The notes beneath the pieces are model-generated. The model saw only the letters and a program-made list of their open reading frames with translations, did not search any database and was not told where the DNA came from. From NCBI RefSeq assembly GCF_009914755.1, contig NC_060927.1: 64,000 nucleotides of DNA. One strand, given 5' to 3'. Made by a program: the position numbers and the translations under genes. Origin of the DNA: the human T2T-CHM13v2.0 reference genome, Homo sapiens. Of this stretch, positions 1 to 10,849 are shown in pieces. Every line of letters starts with the position of its first letter. Position 1 is the first letter of the stretch.

Positions 1-466
1 AAATAGTTATAAAAATAAAAAGGACCAGGGGATGACTAAACAGTAGCTTATAAATGAAACATGTTTGTTAACTGCTTATATAATAATCCTGAGATAAGTG
101 GTTCAGGTTGGTGGCAGCTTTGCTCCATGTAATCATTCAAGAAGTCAAGTTTCTTTCATCATGTTCCTTTGCCTTTAGCTACCTATCCTTGTGTGCCTAG
201 GTGACACTAGGTTGTGGGCACTTCCATGTTGCTGCTTGTGAGAAGAAAATAAAGAGAACGTGGAAGAGCAGAAGACCAATGTCTCCAGGCCCAGACCAAG
301 AAATGCCAGTTATCACTTCCATTCATATTTCATTAGCAAGTACTTGGTCACTGAAAGAAAAGGTGGGAAATGACCTCCAAATGAGTAGTCATGTCGCTGG
401 CTACACTTCTTTCTCTAGGGAGGAAGGAGAGCATGAGTTAGCGGACAACTAGCTATCTCTGCTACA
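1..466 (-). mobile_element. Old MaLR LTR (MLT1J/K-like), truncated by window edge
   Basis: Contains tatcacttccattcatatttcattagcaag and ends caactagctatctctgctaca, resembling a reverse-complemented MLT1J/K 5' end. Confidence 0.65.
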
Positions 467-1414
467 CTTGCCAACTTTATCAAATAAGTTGACCAAGTTA
501 AGCTAGTTCACCTCAATTATGGGGAAGATAATTTTTTCTAACTCTTAATGTTTTATACTTGGATGTAATCTCCAACACTTTCCCTACAAATGTGGTCTCC
601 TGAGAGACATTTAAAGATCTTTCAATTGTCTTACTGACTTCTAAAGAATATGAATGCTACTTATTGTACTGACCAAGCATGAAAGATGAAGTTAAGGTAC
701 AGAGTTAGGAGATTAATAATTTTTCTGCTTCCTCCCTACAACTCATAATGGCTTCAAAAATGAGGAGGCTTGAAGTAAAAAAATGATATCCCTTAATGTA
801 AACACAACAAAATTTTTGCTAGTCTATGTCATACTCAACACTGATCTTTTGGCTCCTCAAACCACTTTAAAAAGTTATGAAGGATGTGCATTGCAAATTT
901 TATAATAACAAAACAAGCATAACAATGCTATTAAAATAATTAAAAATTCACTTGGTCCCTATTTAACTCACTTTGGCTGCCTAACTTCACATAAAGAGAT
1001 CAGGCTTCAGAGGTGAAACAAGACATTAACAGGTGTTGCAGGATCATGAAGGTGATTTCCCATTAGCCACATGGTAAATGTTCTGGAAACAGCAGCAAGA
1101 AAGCTGTACGTCACAATGCTGCCTGTGCATCAAGTCGTTAAGTTAAATGAAGTTATTATTTTGGTTAAATAAATTCCATGCCATTATTATAAACATATTA
1201 ATTAAGGTTGATGGTGTAATGAAACAGGTTTACTGTTAACTTCACACATGTTACATAAGAGGAATGTGAAACAATTCAGTTCCAGTAAAGGTCTCAGAGT
1301 GAAGCTTTGAACATTAAAGGGCATTGCACCTGAGATGAAAATGTATCTCCTGTTTGGACAGTAGCAATGTCCAGATCCAGAATTAATAAGCTTTTGCCAA
1401 AATAATTTAGTACA

Positions 1415-1665
1415 ATAATTAAGAAAGCACAGGCTTTGAAATTAGACTGGTTTGTTTTTTATTAGAAGCTCTGCTACTTATTGCTGTATGACCTTGAGCA
1501 GTTTTACACAGCATCTCTAAACCTTAGTGTCAACATCTGCAAAATGAAGGTATTAATTGTTGCTTCTTTATATGACTGTTGTAAGAATTAAATTAGAACT
1601 CCTGTGTTAAGCAGTTTGCATGATGTCTGGGACAGTATTCAATGAATGCTAACACATTATTATCC
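1415..1665 (+). mobile_element. MIR SINE
   Basis: MIR core gctgtatgaccttgagcag...catctgcaaaatgaagg...gttgtaagaattaaat and a MIR-like 3' tail. Confidence 0.85.
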
Positions 1666-2167
1666 TCAAAATATTTATATTGCATGCCCTTTAATATTGT
1701 TAATTGGACCTTATGTTTGAAACAGAGGAATAATTGTATTAGGCTGTGTAAAATTGACAAATAAACATTTTTTTTTTCCAAAAGGAAACACTCATATTTT
1801 AAACATTGGATACTGGAATTGAGGCACAAAGATTCTTTGAGAAGGGCGATTAAAATGGAGTACATAGATGACACGTGTGAGAATATATTTTTTACTAACC
1901 AAATTGCTGATTCTAGTGGAGAGGATATTCTAGAGTTCAGTGAGTAGTTATACACTTCTAAATGAGAGCTGAGGAAATGATTTTTAAACTGCAACTAAAT
2001 CATAAATTTGGAGAAAAATTTTCTCTATGCATCAATACATATAACTGGAAGGAAGAAGTTTGGATCATACATGTTTCACATGTTCAAAGAAATTGTCATT
2101 GTGAAATGCCTTCAAGAACTGACCTCACTGCAAACTTAAATGAATAAATAAAAGCCATTGAAACTGC

Positions 2168-2170
<3 letters not shown>

Positions 2171-2228
<58 letters not shown>
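2171..2228. repeat. (AT)29 microsatellite
   Basis: Perfect dinucleotide run. Confidence 0.98.
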
Positions 2229-2230
<2 letters not shown>

Positions 2231-2654
2231 CCCCTGGGTTTGCTATAAAAGGATCTCAGGGGTTATTACCATCTTATCAAATATTCCATTAAGACTAACA
2301 GCCCTAAAAGAGAACTGTCATTTGCCAGAATTCCCTCTGAGCTCTAGGAATCCTTTTTGTCAGTGTCATGCCTGGACCAGGATTCCACACAAAGAAGAAT
2401 GAAGTCAGAACCTGGTTAATATATAATTAGCAATAAAAGGAGTTGGGCATTTGAATAATACATCACATGGTCAGATGAGAATAATACCAAGAAAATGGAA
2501 AGAACATGTGCTAAAGATAAATCAGGTACAAGTAGTAAGAAGTGAATTGGATGATAAGTAGGAAAGAGATGGCAGAGAGTACTAACAAAGTCTTCTATTT
2601 GCATCTATTGTTTCCTAACAGTGGTCTCTTATTAATACTTACAGCATCTCTGAT

Positions 2655-2835
2655 ATGGACATATGGAACATATGGACACAAAGAGGGCAATAACAGATAC
2701 TGGGGCCTATTTGAGGGTAGAGGGTTGGAGGAGGGAGAGGATCAGAAAAAGATACCTTTTGGATAATATACTCATTACCCAGGTGATGGAATAACCTGTA
2801 CATCAAACCCCAGTGACATGCATATTACATGTGAC
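2655..2835 (+). mobile_element. L1PA13-16-type 3' UTR fragment
   Basis: atggacacaaagagggcaataacagatactggggcctatttgagggtagaggg...ctgtacatcaaaccccagtgacatgc. Confidence 0.85.
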
Positions 2836-3174
2836 ATGAGAGAAGCCTGGAACAAGTATCCAAATCCTTATTTTGGAAATAAAAAAATCAGACAGGATGG
2901 TGAAGTGACTTGCATAGGGTTTCTCTACTGCGTTGGGAGCTCAGCTGAGACTTGTTCTTTATCCTTTGCTATAATCATTAAGACAAACTGCTTCTGGTCA
3001 GTCATGAGGAAAACACAAATATACTCCCCCAAAATAGTCACACCCAGATTCTTCCTTATCCTGTAATATTAAGGTGATAATAAAGTTTAGTGGTCCGTGT
3101 TCACTTTTTCTCCTTGTATAGTAGAGGTCTTATTGGATTAAGTATTGCTTTAAATCTTTATTGGTGTGATCTGA

Positions 3175-3305
3175 GAGAAAGCAGCATTCACATCACCTGG
3201 GCTTCTGAGAAATGTAGACTCTTAGATTCCATTCTAGACTTAATGAGTCAAAATCAGCATTTTAGCAAGATTCCCCCAGGTTATTTCTATATTCTAAATC
3301 ACTCA
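3175..3305. mobile_element. MER5-type hAT-Charlie fragment
   Basis: gcagcattcacatcacctggg...gcattttagcaagattcccccaggttatttc. Confidence 0.6.
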
Positions 3306-4720
3306 GCCAGTCTTCTTTTGGGTGTACTATTTAAAGTGCCTCAACTGACACCAGGCAGAGGAATAAGAATACATATTTTCATTTTCATTCTTTTTCTGAA
3401 ATGCTGAAAGGTGGGTCAACAATCACCACTTAGGCTGGCATAATAGAGTTCCACAGCATTTTTCCCAGCAATGCTCAGAGATGTCTGATGTTATTTATTT
3501 TCACATTTCATTGCCATTCATATCTTCAAGGTTCCCCTAGGAGCAAAGGCCTTGAAGAGCAGGGCTGAGAGGGAGGGCACATCAGAACTGCCTGCACTCA
3601 ACTCTTTCCTAGCAAGAGGAGCAAATTTTGCAAGTATTGTCCTTTTAACAAAGAAAAACTACAGTTGAGCTTGAGCAGGTAATAGGTGAGACACCACCCC
3701 ACATTCATGAAATGGACTGGGGAGTGACCTGGCCTGAGTATTTTACACTTCCCTTAATGAAGACAATGAGCACAGGGTTGTTATCTTGGAAAACTCTAAA
3801 AAGAGGAGTGGTAGGGACAATTGGTTGCAGTGATCTAAAAATTTGAACCTATAAGAAAAGGCCATTATAGAAATTTTAATTATACAAACATAAGTTATAT
3901 GAGTTCTGTTCTTGAATGATTCTGCTTTCAAGGGGTTTTTAATATCAAATTTAAAACAACAACACAAGATTTTATACATGAAAAGCATACTCTGCATCAT
4001 GAAAGGCACAAAATGCAACAGATGTACCAACAATCCATGTTTGAATGAACCATCTACAAATCATTCTATAAGCCCTCTGATATGTCTATCTATCCCATAC
4101 TAGATCTTTATTCTGGATTCAACAATATTCTCTTAGTTTGAGGACAAAAGAGATTAAGGAGACAGCCCTCATTTGTAATTAAATTTGTTACAAAACTTAT
4201 TGAGCAACCACTATGAGTGGGCTGCTTCCATAAATGGAGGAGAAAAAATCATTCTGAAATTAGATAGCAACAGTTATATAATTGTGTATTTAAAGGCACA
4301 ATGGTAGTGTGTATACTCCACAAAATATCTTACTATTGATTAAAAAAAAAAAAAAGCTGACACTGGAAAGAGATTATTTAGGGAAGTGTTTTTTGTGGTT
4401 TTTGTTAAGTCTATTTGAGATTTTACTTGCTGTGGTAGGAAGAATAATAGGCTCCCAAACTTGCATATGTCCTAATCACTGGAACCTATGAATATGTCAC
4501 TTTACAGGGCAAAAGGGACTTTGCATGCAATTAAGGATCTTGAGATGGGGAGATTGTCCCAGTTTATTTGGTTGAGTCCCATGTGATCATGATTTCCTTA
4601 AAGCTCGAAAAGGGAGGCAGAAGGGAAGAACAGGGATTTTTGACTACAGAACAAGAGGTCAGTGTGATGCAATGTGAAGAGGTCTATTACCTGCTATGGC
4701 TGGCTTTCATGATGAAAGAA

Positions 4721-5370
4721 GAGAAGTTGGCTAATGAGTACAAAAATACAGTTGGATAGAAGGAATAAGTTCTAGGATTTGATAGTGCAGTAAGGGTGTA
4801 TTAGTCCATTCTCACACTGCTATGAAAAAATACCCGAGACTGGGTAATTTATAAAGAAAACAGGTTTAATTGACTCACCGTTCTGCATGGCTGGAGAGGC
4901 CTCAGAAAACTTAGAACCACGGCGAAAAGCACCTCTTCACAGGGTAGCAGGAGAGAGAATGAGCTCAAGTAGGGGAAACGCCAGATACTTATAAAACCAT
5001 CAGATCTCACGAGACTCACTCATTATCAGGAAAGCAACATTGAGAAAACTCCCCCCGACAATTCAATTACCTCCACCTGGTCCCACCATTGACACGTGGG
5101 CATTGTCATAATTCAAGGTGAGATTTGGGTGGGAACACAGAGCCAAACCATATCAAGGGAAATTATACTTAACAATAATTTATTGTATATTTCAAAACAG
5201 CTAGAAAAATGATAATGTTCCCAACACAAAGATAAATGTTTAAATTAATGGGTATCCCGATTACCCTGATTTGATCATTACACATTTTATATATGTATCA
5301 AAATATCACATGTACCCCCACAACGTATACAACTGTGATATATCAATTTTTAAAAATACACAAACAAAAA
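4721..5370 (+). mobile_element. L1MA4-6-type 3' end in two pieces (4721-4796, 5156-5370)
   Basis: gtacaaaaatacagttggatagaaggaataagttctag...aacaataatttattgtatatttcaaaa...gtatcaaaatatcacatgtacccc plus A-rich tail. Confidence 0.85.
4797..5155 (-). mobile_element. THE1D-type MaLR solo LTR
   Basis: tgtattagtccattctcacactgct...gagatttgggtgggaacacagagccaaaccatatca; aggg on both flanks. Confidence 0.9.
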
Positions 5371-5747
5371 AAGATGGAGGAATAGGGACATCAGCCAGAA
5401 AAAGCAAGGAAACAGATACCCCTAGAGCTTCCAGAAGGAAATGCAGCTTTGCCAACATCTTGATTTTAGACTAGTGTGGTGACCTGCATCAGACTTCTGA
5501 CAAAATGTACAATAAGAAATTTGTATTGCTTTAGACTCCTAAGTTAGTGATAATTTGTTATGGCAGCACTAGAAAACTAATACTCTTACTTAGCTTATTG
5601 TACCAGCAAAAGGGTGGCTCTTTCACTACTTAATAAGGCTTAAGCATCTAGGTTTTCATTAAAAAAAAAGAGATTGCAAATGTATTAATAAATGTTCCTT
5701 TTGTTTTTACTAAGTGGCATCAAGGATCGTTAAAAACCACACACAAG

Positions 5748-6036
5748 GGCCAGGTGTGGTGGCTCACGTCTGTAATCCCAGCACTTTGAGAGGCCGAGGT
5801 GGGCAGATTACCTGAGGCAAGGAGTTCGAGACCAGCCTGGCTAACATGGTGAAACGTTGTCTCTACTAAAAATACAAAAATTAGCTGGGCCTGGTGGCAC
5901 ATGCCTGTAATCCCAGCTACTCGGGAGGCTGAGGCAGGAGAATTGCTTGAGCCCGGGAGCCCAGGAGGCGGAGGTTCCAGTGAGCCGAGATCTTGCCACT
6001 GCACTCCAGACTGGCTAACACAGCAAGACTCCATCT

Positions 6037-6068
<32 letters not shown>
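5748..6068 (+). mobile_element. AluS (Sx/Sz-like), full length
   Basis: Dimeric Alu with A5TACA5 linker and ~31 nt poly(A); degenerate TSD aaaaa(c/g)cacacac; 8 bp internal duplication gcccggga/gcccagga. Confidence 0.97.
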
Positions 6069-6069
<1 letters not shown>

Positions 6070-6282
6070 CACACACGAAAACATTTATTTAACAGAATTC
6101 CTAAATTTACATCTTGTTGATTTATGACTAGAACCCACAAAAGCCATCAAAATAATGATGTCATACTTGAATAAACATAATGGCAGAATAAAATTTTTGA
6201 GTAAAAAAGATGACATAAGGTATCCTACTATTTCTAGTCATATGAGATTCCCATGAGATTACATGGTACTTTGAGATTATAT

Positions 6283-6328
6283 AAAAAGTAATGACAAAAA
6301 CCGCGATTAGTTTTGCATCAACCTAATA
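6283..6328. mobile_element. Half MADE1 (Hsmar1 MITE)
   Basis: aaaagtaatgacaaaaaccgcgattagttttgcatcaacctaa+ta matches one Hsmar1 terminal inverted repeat. Confidence 0.85.
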
Positions 6329-7232
6329 CCTTGCTTGGACAGCACATGGCCAACTAGGTCACACCATGACAGATACAATCTGGTTTGGATTGATTTGTGT
6401 AAAACGTAAAATTGTCTGAGAGAATGATGAGTCCTATAGGACACTTGAGAAATCCCTGGCACTCAGCAATTAGGAATAATGAAAGGCAACATGCACAAGT
6501 TTCTAGAGTACAGCAGAGAGGACTTCAGCCAGTAGTCAACTGGGGGCTGGAGGAAATCTCATAAGGAGATGCCAAACTGAAAAAAGTCTTTAAATTTCTT
6601 GAGCTAAGTCTAGTCTGGACTATACTGGGAGGAATTTTGGAGGAAGCCCAGGCAGCAAGAGTGACTAAATCAGAAACACAGAATTTGATAACAAATCTAT
6701 TTCTCTTAATTATTATCAAGAACTGCCTTCAAACTATCAGCTACTGCAAATAAAACAGGAGCATTTCTAAAAACAGAGACAGAAATATCAGATTACATAC
6801 CACAACACAAAAATTCTGACTATATTTCAGGCCATTATTTGATATGAAAATAAAATGCCTTTTGGCAAAACCCTAGCAATATCTGATCCTAGCACATTTT
6901 GTGTGACAATTCTAAGAAGCTCTATGTGTGCTATGACAAAGCTAAATAGTTTGATTAAAGTTGATCAGTGACTTCAAATACAGTCTTTCTTAATGAAAGA
7001 AAACACTACACAAAAGAACATATTATAGTTGAGAAGTGAAATTTCATATACAGAAAAATATGTTAAATGTCTTAAATGATGATGCAATAAGCCTTAAATT
7101 TTATTTAAGTAATCTTCACTCATATGGCATATTTACTAAAAACTAATGTGTAGCAGCATATTTTTGACTGGTGGCAGAAGAAAAACATTTCTTCATGATG
7201 AATTTTTTAAATGCTTTTTTTCTTTTCACCAG

Positions 7233-7381
7233 AAAAGCTCAATAACAGAAGTGATTCAAACTAAAGAAGACCAGTTTTATCCCGAATGCCTGTAGTCCTC
7301 CATAGAGTAAATAACATGTCCCTGAACAACATTCTTGGAAGTCAAAATTCAGAACGTATTGATTCATTTTGCCGTAGTAAG
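7233..7381 (+). other. Candidate non-coding internal exon
   Basis: Acceptor tttttttcttttcaccag| and donor aag|gtaatt; 149 bp; stops in all three frames. Confidence 0.3.
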
Positions 7382-7839
7382 GTAATTTCTGTCATCTTTT
7401 TTTATTCATGAAATTCTATTACTCGAGTCAACAACAGTTTATAAACTGGGCTAAAAAAGAGCTTATTGAGACTGGCCTTGATCAAGGAGAGGACAGAGAA
7501 AGCTTTCACTGAAAAGGCAGAGCTTATTCTTCATTAAATATTTTTAAAAAAATATTTTTGCTATTTTTTTCATTCAATTTTTCTCTTAAAAACCATTTGT
7601 AGTGAATATTTGCTTGTTGTAGATAGGAAAAACGTTTAAAAATAAAGAAATATAGATAAGTTTATTAAGAACATTTTTGAAATGTCAGTACAACTTCATA
7701 GATGTGTTTGGAATCAAATGACACTTGTCTCTTTAGGGAGGTAAATGGTGTGCATGTGAGCACTCATACATGTGCACACATATGTGAGTATGTATCAATA
7801 CTTTAATTCTAATGCTCCTATTGCCCTCCAAAGATGTAT

Positions 7840-7964
7840 TTTTTCTTCTGAAATGGGGTCTCGCTATGTTGTCTAGGCTGGTCTCAAACTCCCAGGCTCC
7901 AGCATCCTCCTTCCTCAGCCTCTGAAGTAGCTGGGATTATACGTATGTGCCACCACACTCGGCC
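7840..7964 (-). mobile_element. FLAM (free left Alu monomer)
   Basis: Single monomer ggggtctcgctatgttgtctaggctggtctcaaactcc...ggcc; degenerate TSD ccctccaaagatgtat/cccaccgaggatgtct. Confidence 0.9.
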
Positions 7965-8329
7965 CCCACCGAGGATGTCTTAATTGGTCTGATATGCTGC
8001 GTAGTTCTGCCTAGTTTATATTTTAGTTTCTTCTGTGTCATCTTCAGCATCAATAATGAATATTTACTGAGTATTGTATGTATTGCATGATGCTTGTACT
8101 AGTCTGCTCAAAAGGCCCCCTTCTAGATAGTGAATTCAATAACAGGGAAAATGTTATACTTTATTAGTTCCTTGATCCATTCAGTTCTGCAACTTATCTA
8201 AGAAAAACACAAAAGCCATGTGTGAACAGATCTCCTAAGTCCCATCATTTCAAAATGGATCAAAACTATGAACACAGTTAATGTATCCTAAAACGTTGTA
8301 TCTCTTAATGATGGAATTTAAAAAATGTA

Positions 8330-8565
8330 GGTAGTGTGGTGTATGAGAAATTGACTTTGAAATCAGTCAGAATTGGGTTTCAATTCTAAGTCTACCATGT
8401 GCTAATAGCAAAATGACCTTGGGCTAGACCATAAATTTTGCATGTATAAAATATTTTTATTAACACTGCTATCATCCGTTTACTGGTAGAATTTAATGAG
8501 AGAACACAAGTAGATTTTTCAGTCACGGGGCCCGAAACTTGGTAGATATATAATAAATATCAGCT
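8330..8565 (+). mobile_element. MIR SINE
   Basis: gactttgaaatcagtcagaattgggtttcaattc...tgaccttgggc...taataaatatcagc. Confidence 0.75.
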
Positions 8566-8638
8566 TCCTTTCTCCTCTCCATGCCTTCTGAGGAGATACG
8601 GTTATTTCTATATCTCCATAGAGATATAGAGATATAAA

Positions 8639-8725
8639 GATATAAATTATATCTCTCTATAGAGAGATATAAATTATATCTCTCTATAGAGAGATATAAA
8701 TTATATCTCTCTATAGAGAGATATA
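8639..8725. repeat. 27 bp tandem repeat x3.2 with a palindromic unit
   Basis: gatataaattatatctctctatagaga at 8639, 8666 and 8693, all identical. Confidence 0.97.
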
Positions 8726-9351
8726 TAGATTATAGAGATAATTATTTCTATAAACTTTCTTCTTCCTAAGTAAAATAGAACTAATTTTTGCATGTAATAA
8801 AAATACATTCGAATATTACTGACACTTTCTAATGTTAGTATGTAAAATAAACTTTATAAACAAATACATAAACAATTTGCTTCATGATTTTAATTTGTCT
8901 TATCTCTCAATCTTTGTATTTCTAAATAAAAGAGTAATAGCCATGTTATATAACATAAACTCTTCATTTATGCTCAGATGAATATTTTCTATTTTTCTTG
9001 ATCATTTTTATTGGATTTCTCAAACAATTCTCTTTGGTTTCTTTGCTATGGCATATATTTTTTGAAGGGTAGAGATATGAACTATATGGGAAACTTAAAG
9101 TATAACTTCCATATTTAATAGAAGTTAAGGAGAGCATTGTTTTTCCTGAATGTCTTACTTTGTTAACTGGTTTTATCAGTGGGAAATTGAATTTATATTT
9201 TCCAAGTATCTTCTAGCTTTCTGTTTCAATCCCTATTATTGAAATTAACCACCGTATCGACAAATCTGAATTCTTCTCTTTCTTCCTGGACTCTATTTCT
9301 TCACTGCTTAGTCTAAACCATGCTTATGTGTTCCTGTTTTTTCCTTTCCAG

Positions 9352-9497
9352 TGTGTACTGTGGAATCCTGATCTGCTGTGAACAAATACATTTATCTTCC
9401 ACCTTTTCCTGAAACATTTCTTCCACATGTTCATTAAGTTTTGCATGAACGAAATTTAGCATCAGGTTGTTCTGTCATAGGAATTCTTCCAAGGAAG
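9352..9497 (+). other. Candidate non-coding internal exon
   Basis: Acceptor ttcctgttttttcctttccag| and donor aag|gtcagt (alternative gtaagc 4 nt downstream); 146 bp. Confidence 0.25.
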
Positions 9498-9774
9498 GTC
9501 AGTAAGCTGATGAGAAGCCAAAGAAAACAGATGTTAGTGGTAGAGCAGAAGTAGAAAATGGCAAATTTGGTGGTAGTGATCATTGTAATAGTGACCTGGG
9601 ATAATGTGAATAGTAAAGGTGGAGAATAAGAAATGATAAAGGACTGAGTTGGGAATCAAATGTCTGTAGTTCGATTTTGGAGGGAAGAAAACAACCCGAA
9701 GCCTAGGACTAAAATTTTAATGGAAGGGAAATGGCAGTTTTATAGCTAAAAGTAAAGTTCATTAAAAATTCCAA

Positions 9775-9930
9775 GTTAATTCTTACAATAACTCCCTAAG
9801 CTATTGTATTCTCACTTTGTAGATGAAGAAAATGGAAAACAGAAAAACTAAGCAATGCATCCAACATAACACAATCACAAATGGCCAAGCTTCAATGTGA
9901 ACTAAAATAGTGTTTGGAATTGCAGAAATA
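9775..9930 (-). mobile_element. MIR fragment
   Basis: tattctcactttgtagatgaagaaaatgg...aagcaatgcatccaacataacac. Confidence 0.7.
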
Positions 9931-10264
9931 ATCAATGTCTAGCAAATCCCATGAAACATGTACTTGCTATCTCAGTTGGCTTTAATTGTGATGCTTGGGA
10001 CTAATGGCAGTCCTCTGTTCTAGCATACCTTCAAGACATGTTGTTTCTGAGACTAGCGTCTTGAAAAATCTGAACTGTGATGCTCCTCCAGGATCATCTA
10101 GTTAATAAAACCCTCTTTAGTAGCATCTGTTCCATTTCCTTCAAACTCATAGGGTTAGGAGGACATGGTGGTCTAGATGACCCATTTCTTGCTTTTTGTC
10201 ACAATTACCTGACCAATCTCAATATCAGCTCTTCTTATAAAATTAGGAACATTCATTTGACTAA

Positions 10265-10717
10265 TATGGTGTCAATGAAATGAGCTGCTTAGGTCTCTTG
10301 TTGCAGAAAGTGAGATTGACTGAGAGCCCTAGCTGCTATTCCCTGGAACCACTACCACATTTACACCAAGGCTACATTTTCCAGCTCTCAGTCAAAGATT
10401 GAGGATGGTGACAATACTGATGCAAGTCCATTCCTGTGGTATGCAGGACTCTTCAGATGAGTGACTTTGGAGTAAGGGGTACCAATAAGTCTGGCCAAAA
10501 CTTTCTTAGAACTGTTACAGTTTGAGAGTCTTCTTATTCAACCCTTCTTCCTTCTTCAACTCCTTTCATAGGTGTGAGACCTACATTATGTAGGGCTTTT
10601 CCTGCTTATTCTCTTCCCCTCCTTTCATCCTTCAAACATGTTTCCCCAATGGATCTGTTGCACATCCAAACAAATTTGCACATCCAAACAAATGCTCAGA
10701 GGATCTAAACTAATACA
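10265..10717 (+). mobile_element. LTR16A (ERVL) solo LTR
   Basis: ctggccaaaactttcttagaactg and ccattcctgtggtatgcaggactc; ends gaggatctaaactaataca; TSD actaa/actac. Confidence 0.85.
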
Positions 10718-10849
10718 ACTACCCAAATGGCTTCTCATCTTTCAAAACACCACACTGTTTGATGGCTCTTATGCCAGACTCATGTATGTTTTTACACTCT
10801 TTTCACTGCCATTACTCTATTATTGACTTTCTATTACTTTCACTTCATA

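Larger units (their letters stand above)
4431..5584 (+). mobile_element. MLT1D-type LTR in two pieces (4431-4720, 5371-5584), split by an L1MA
   Basis: Starts tgtggtaggaagaataat, ends ttgttatggcagcactagaaaactaatac; 5 bp TSD cttgc/cttac. Confidence 0.85.

Noticed and set aside
8639-8725. Regularly spaced palindromic repeats resembling a CRISPR array
   Set aside because: Spacers are an identical 3 nt, there are no cas genes, and the DNA is primate.
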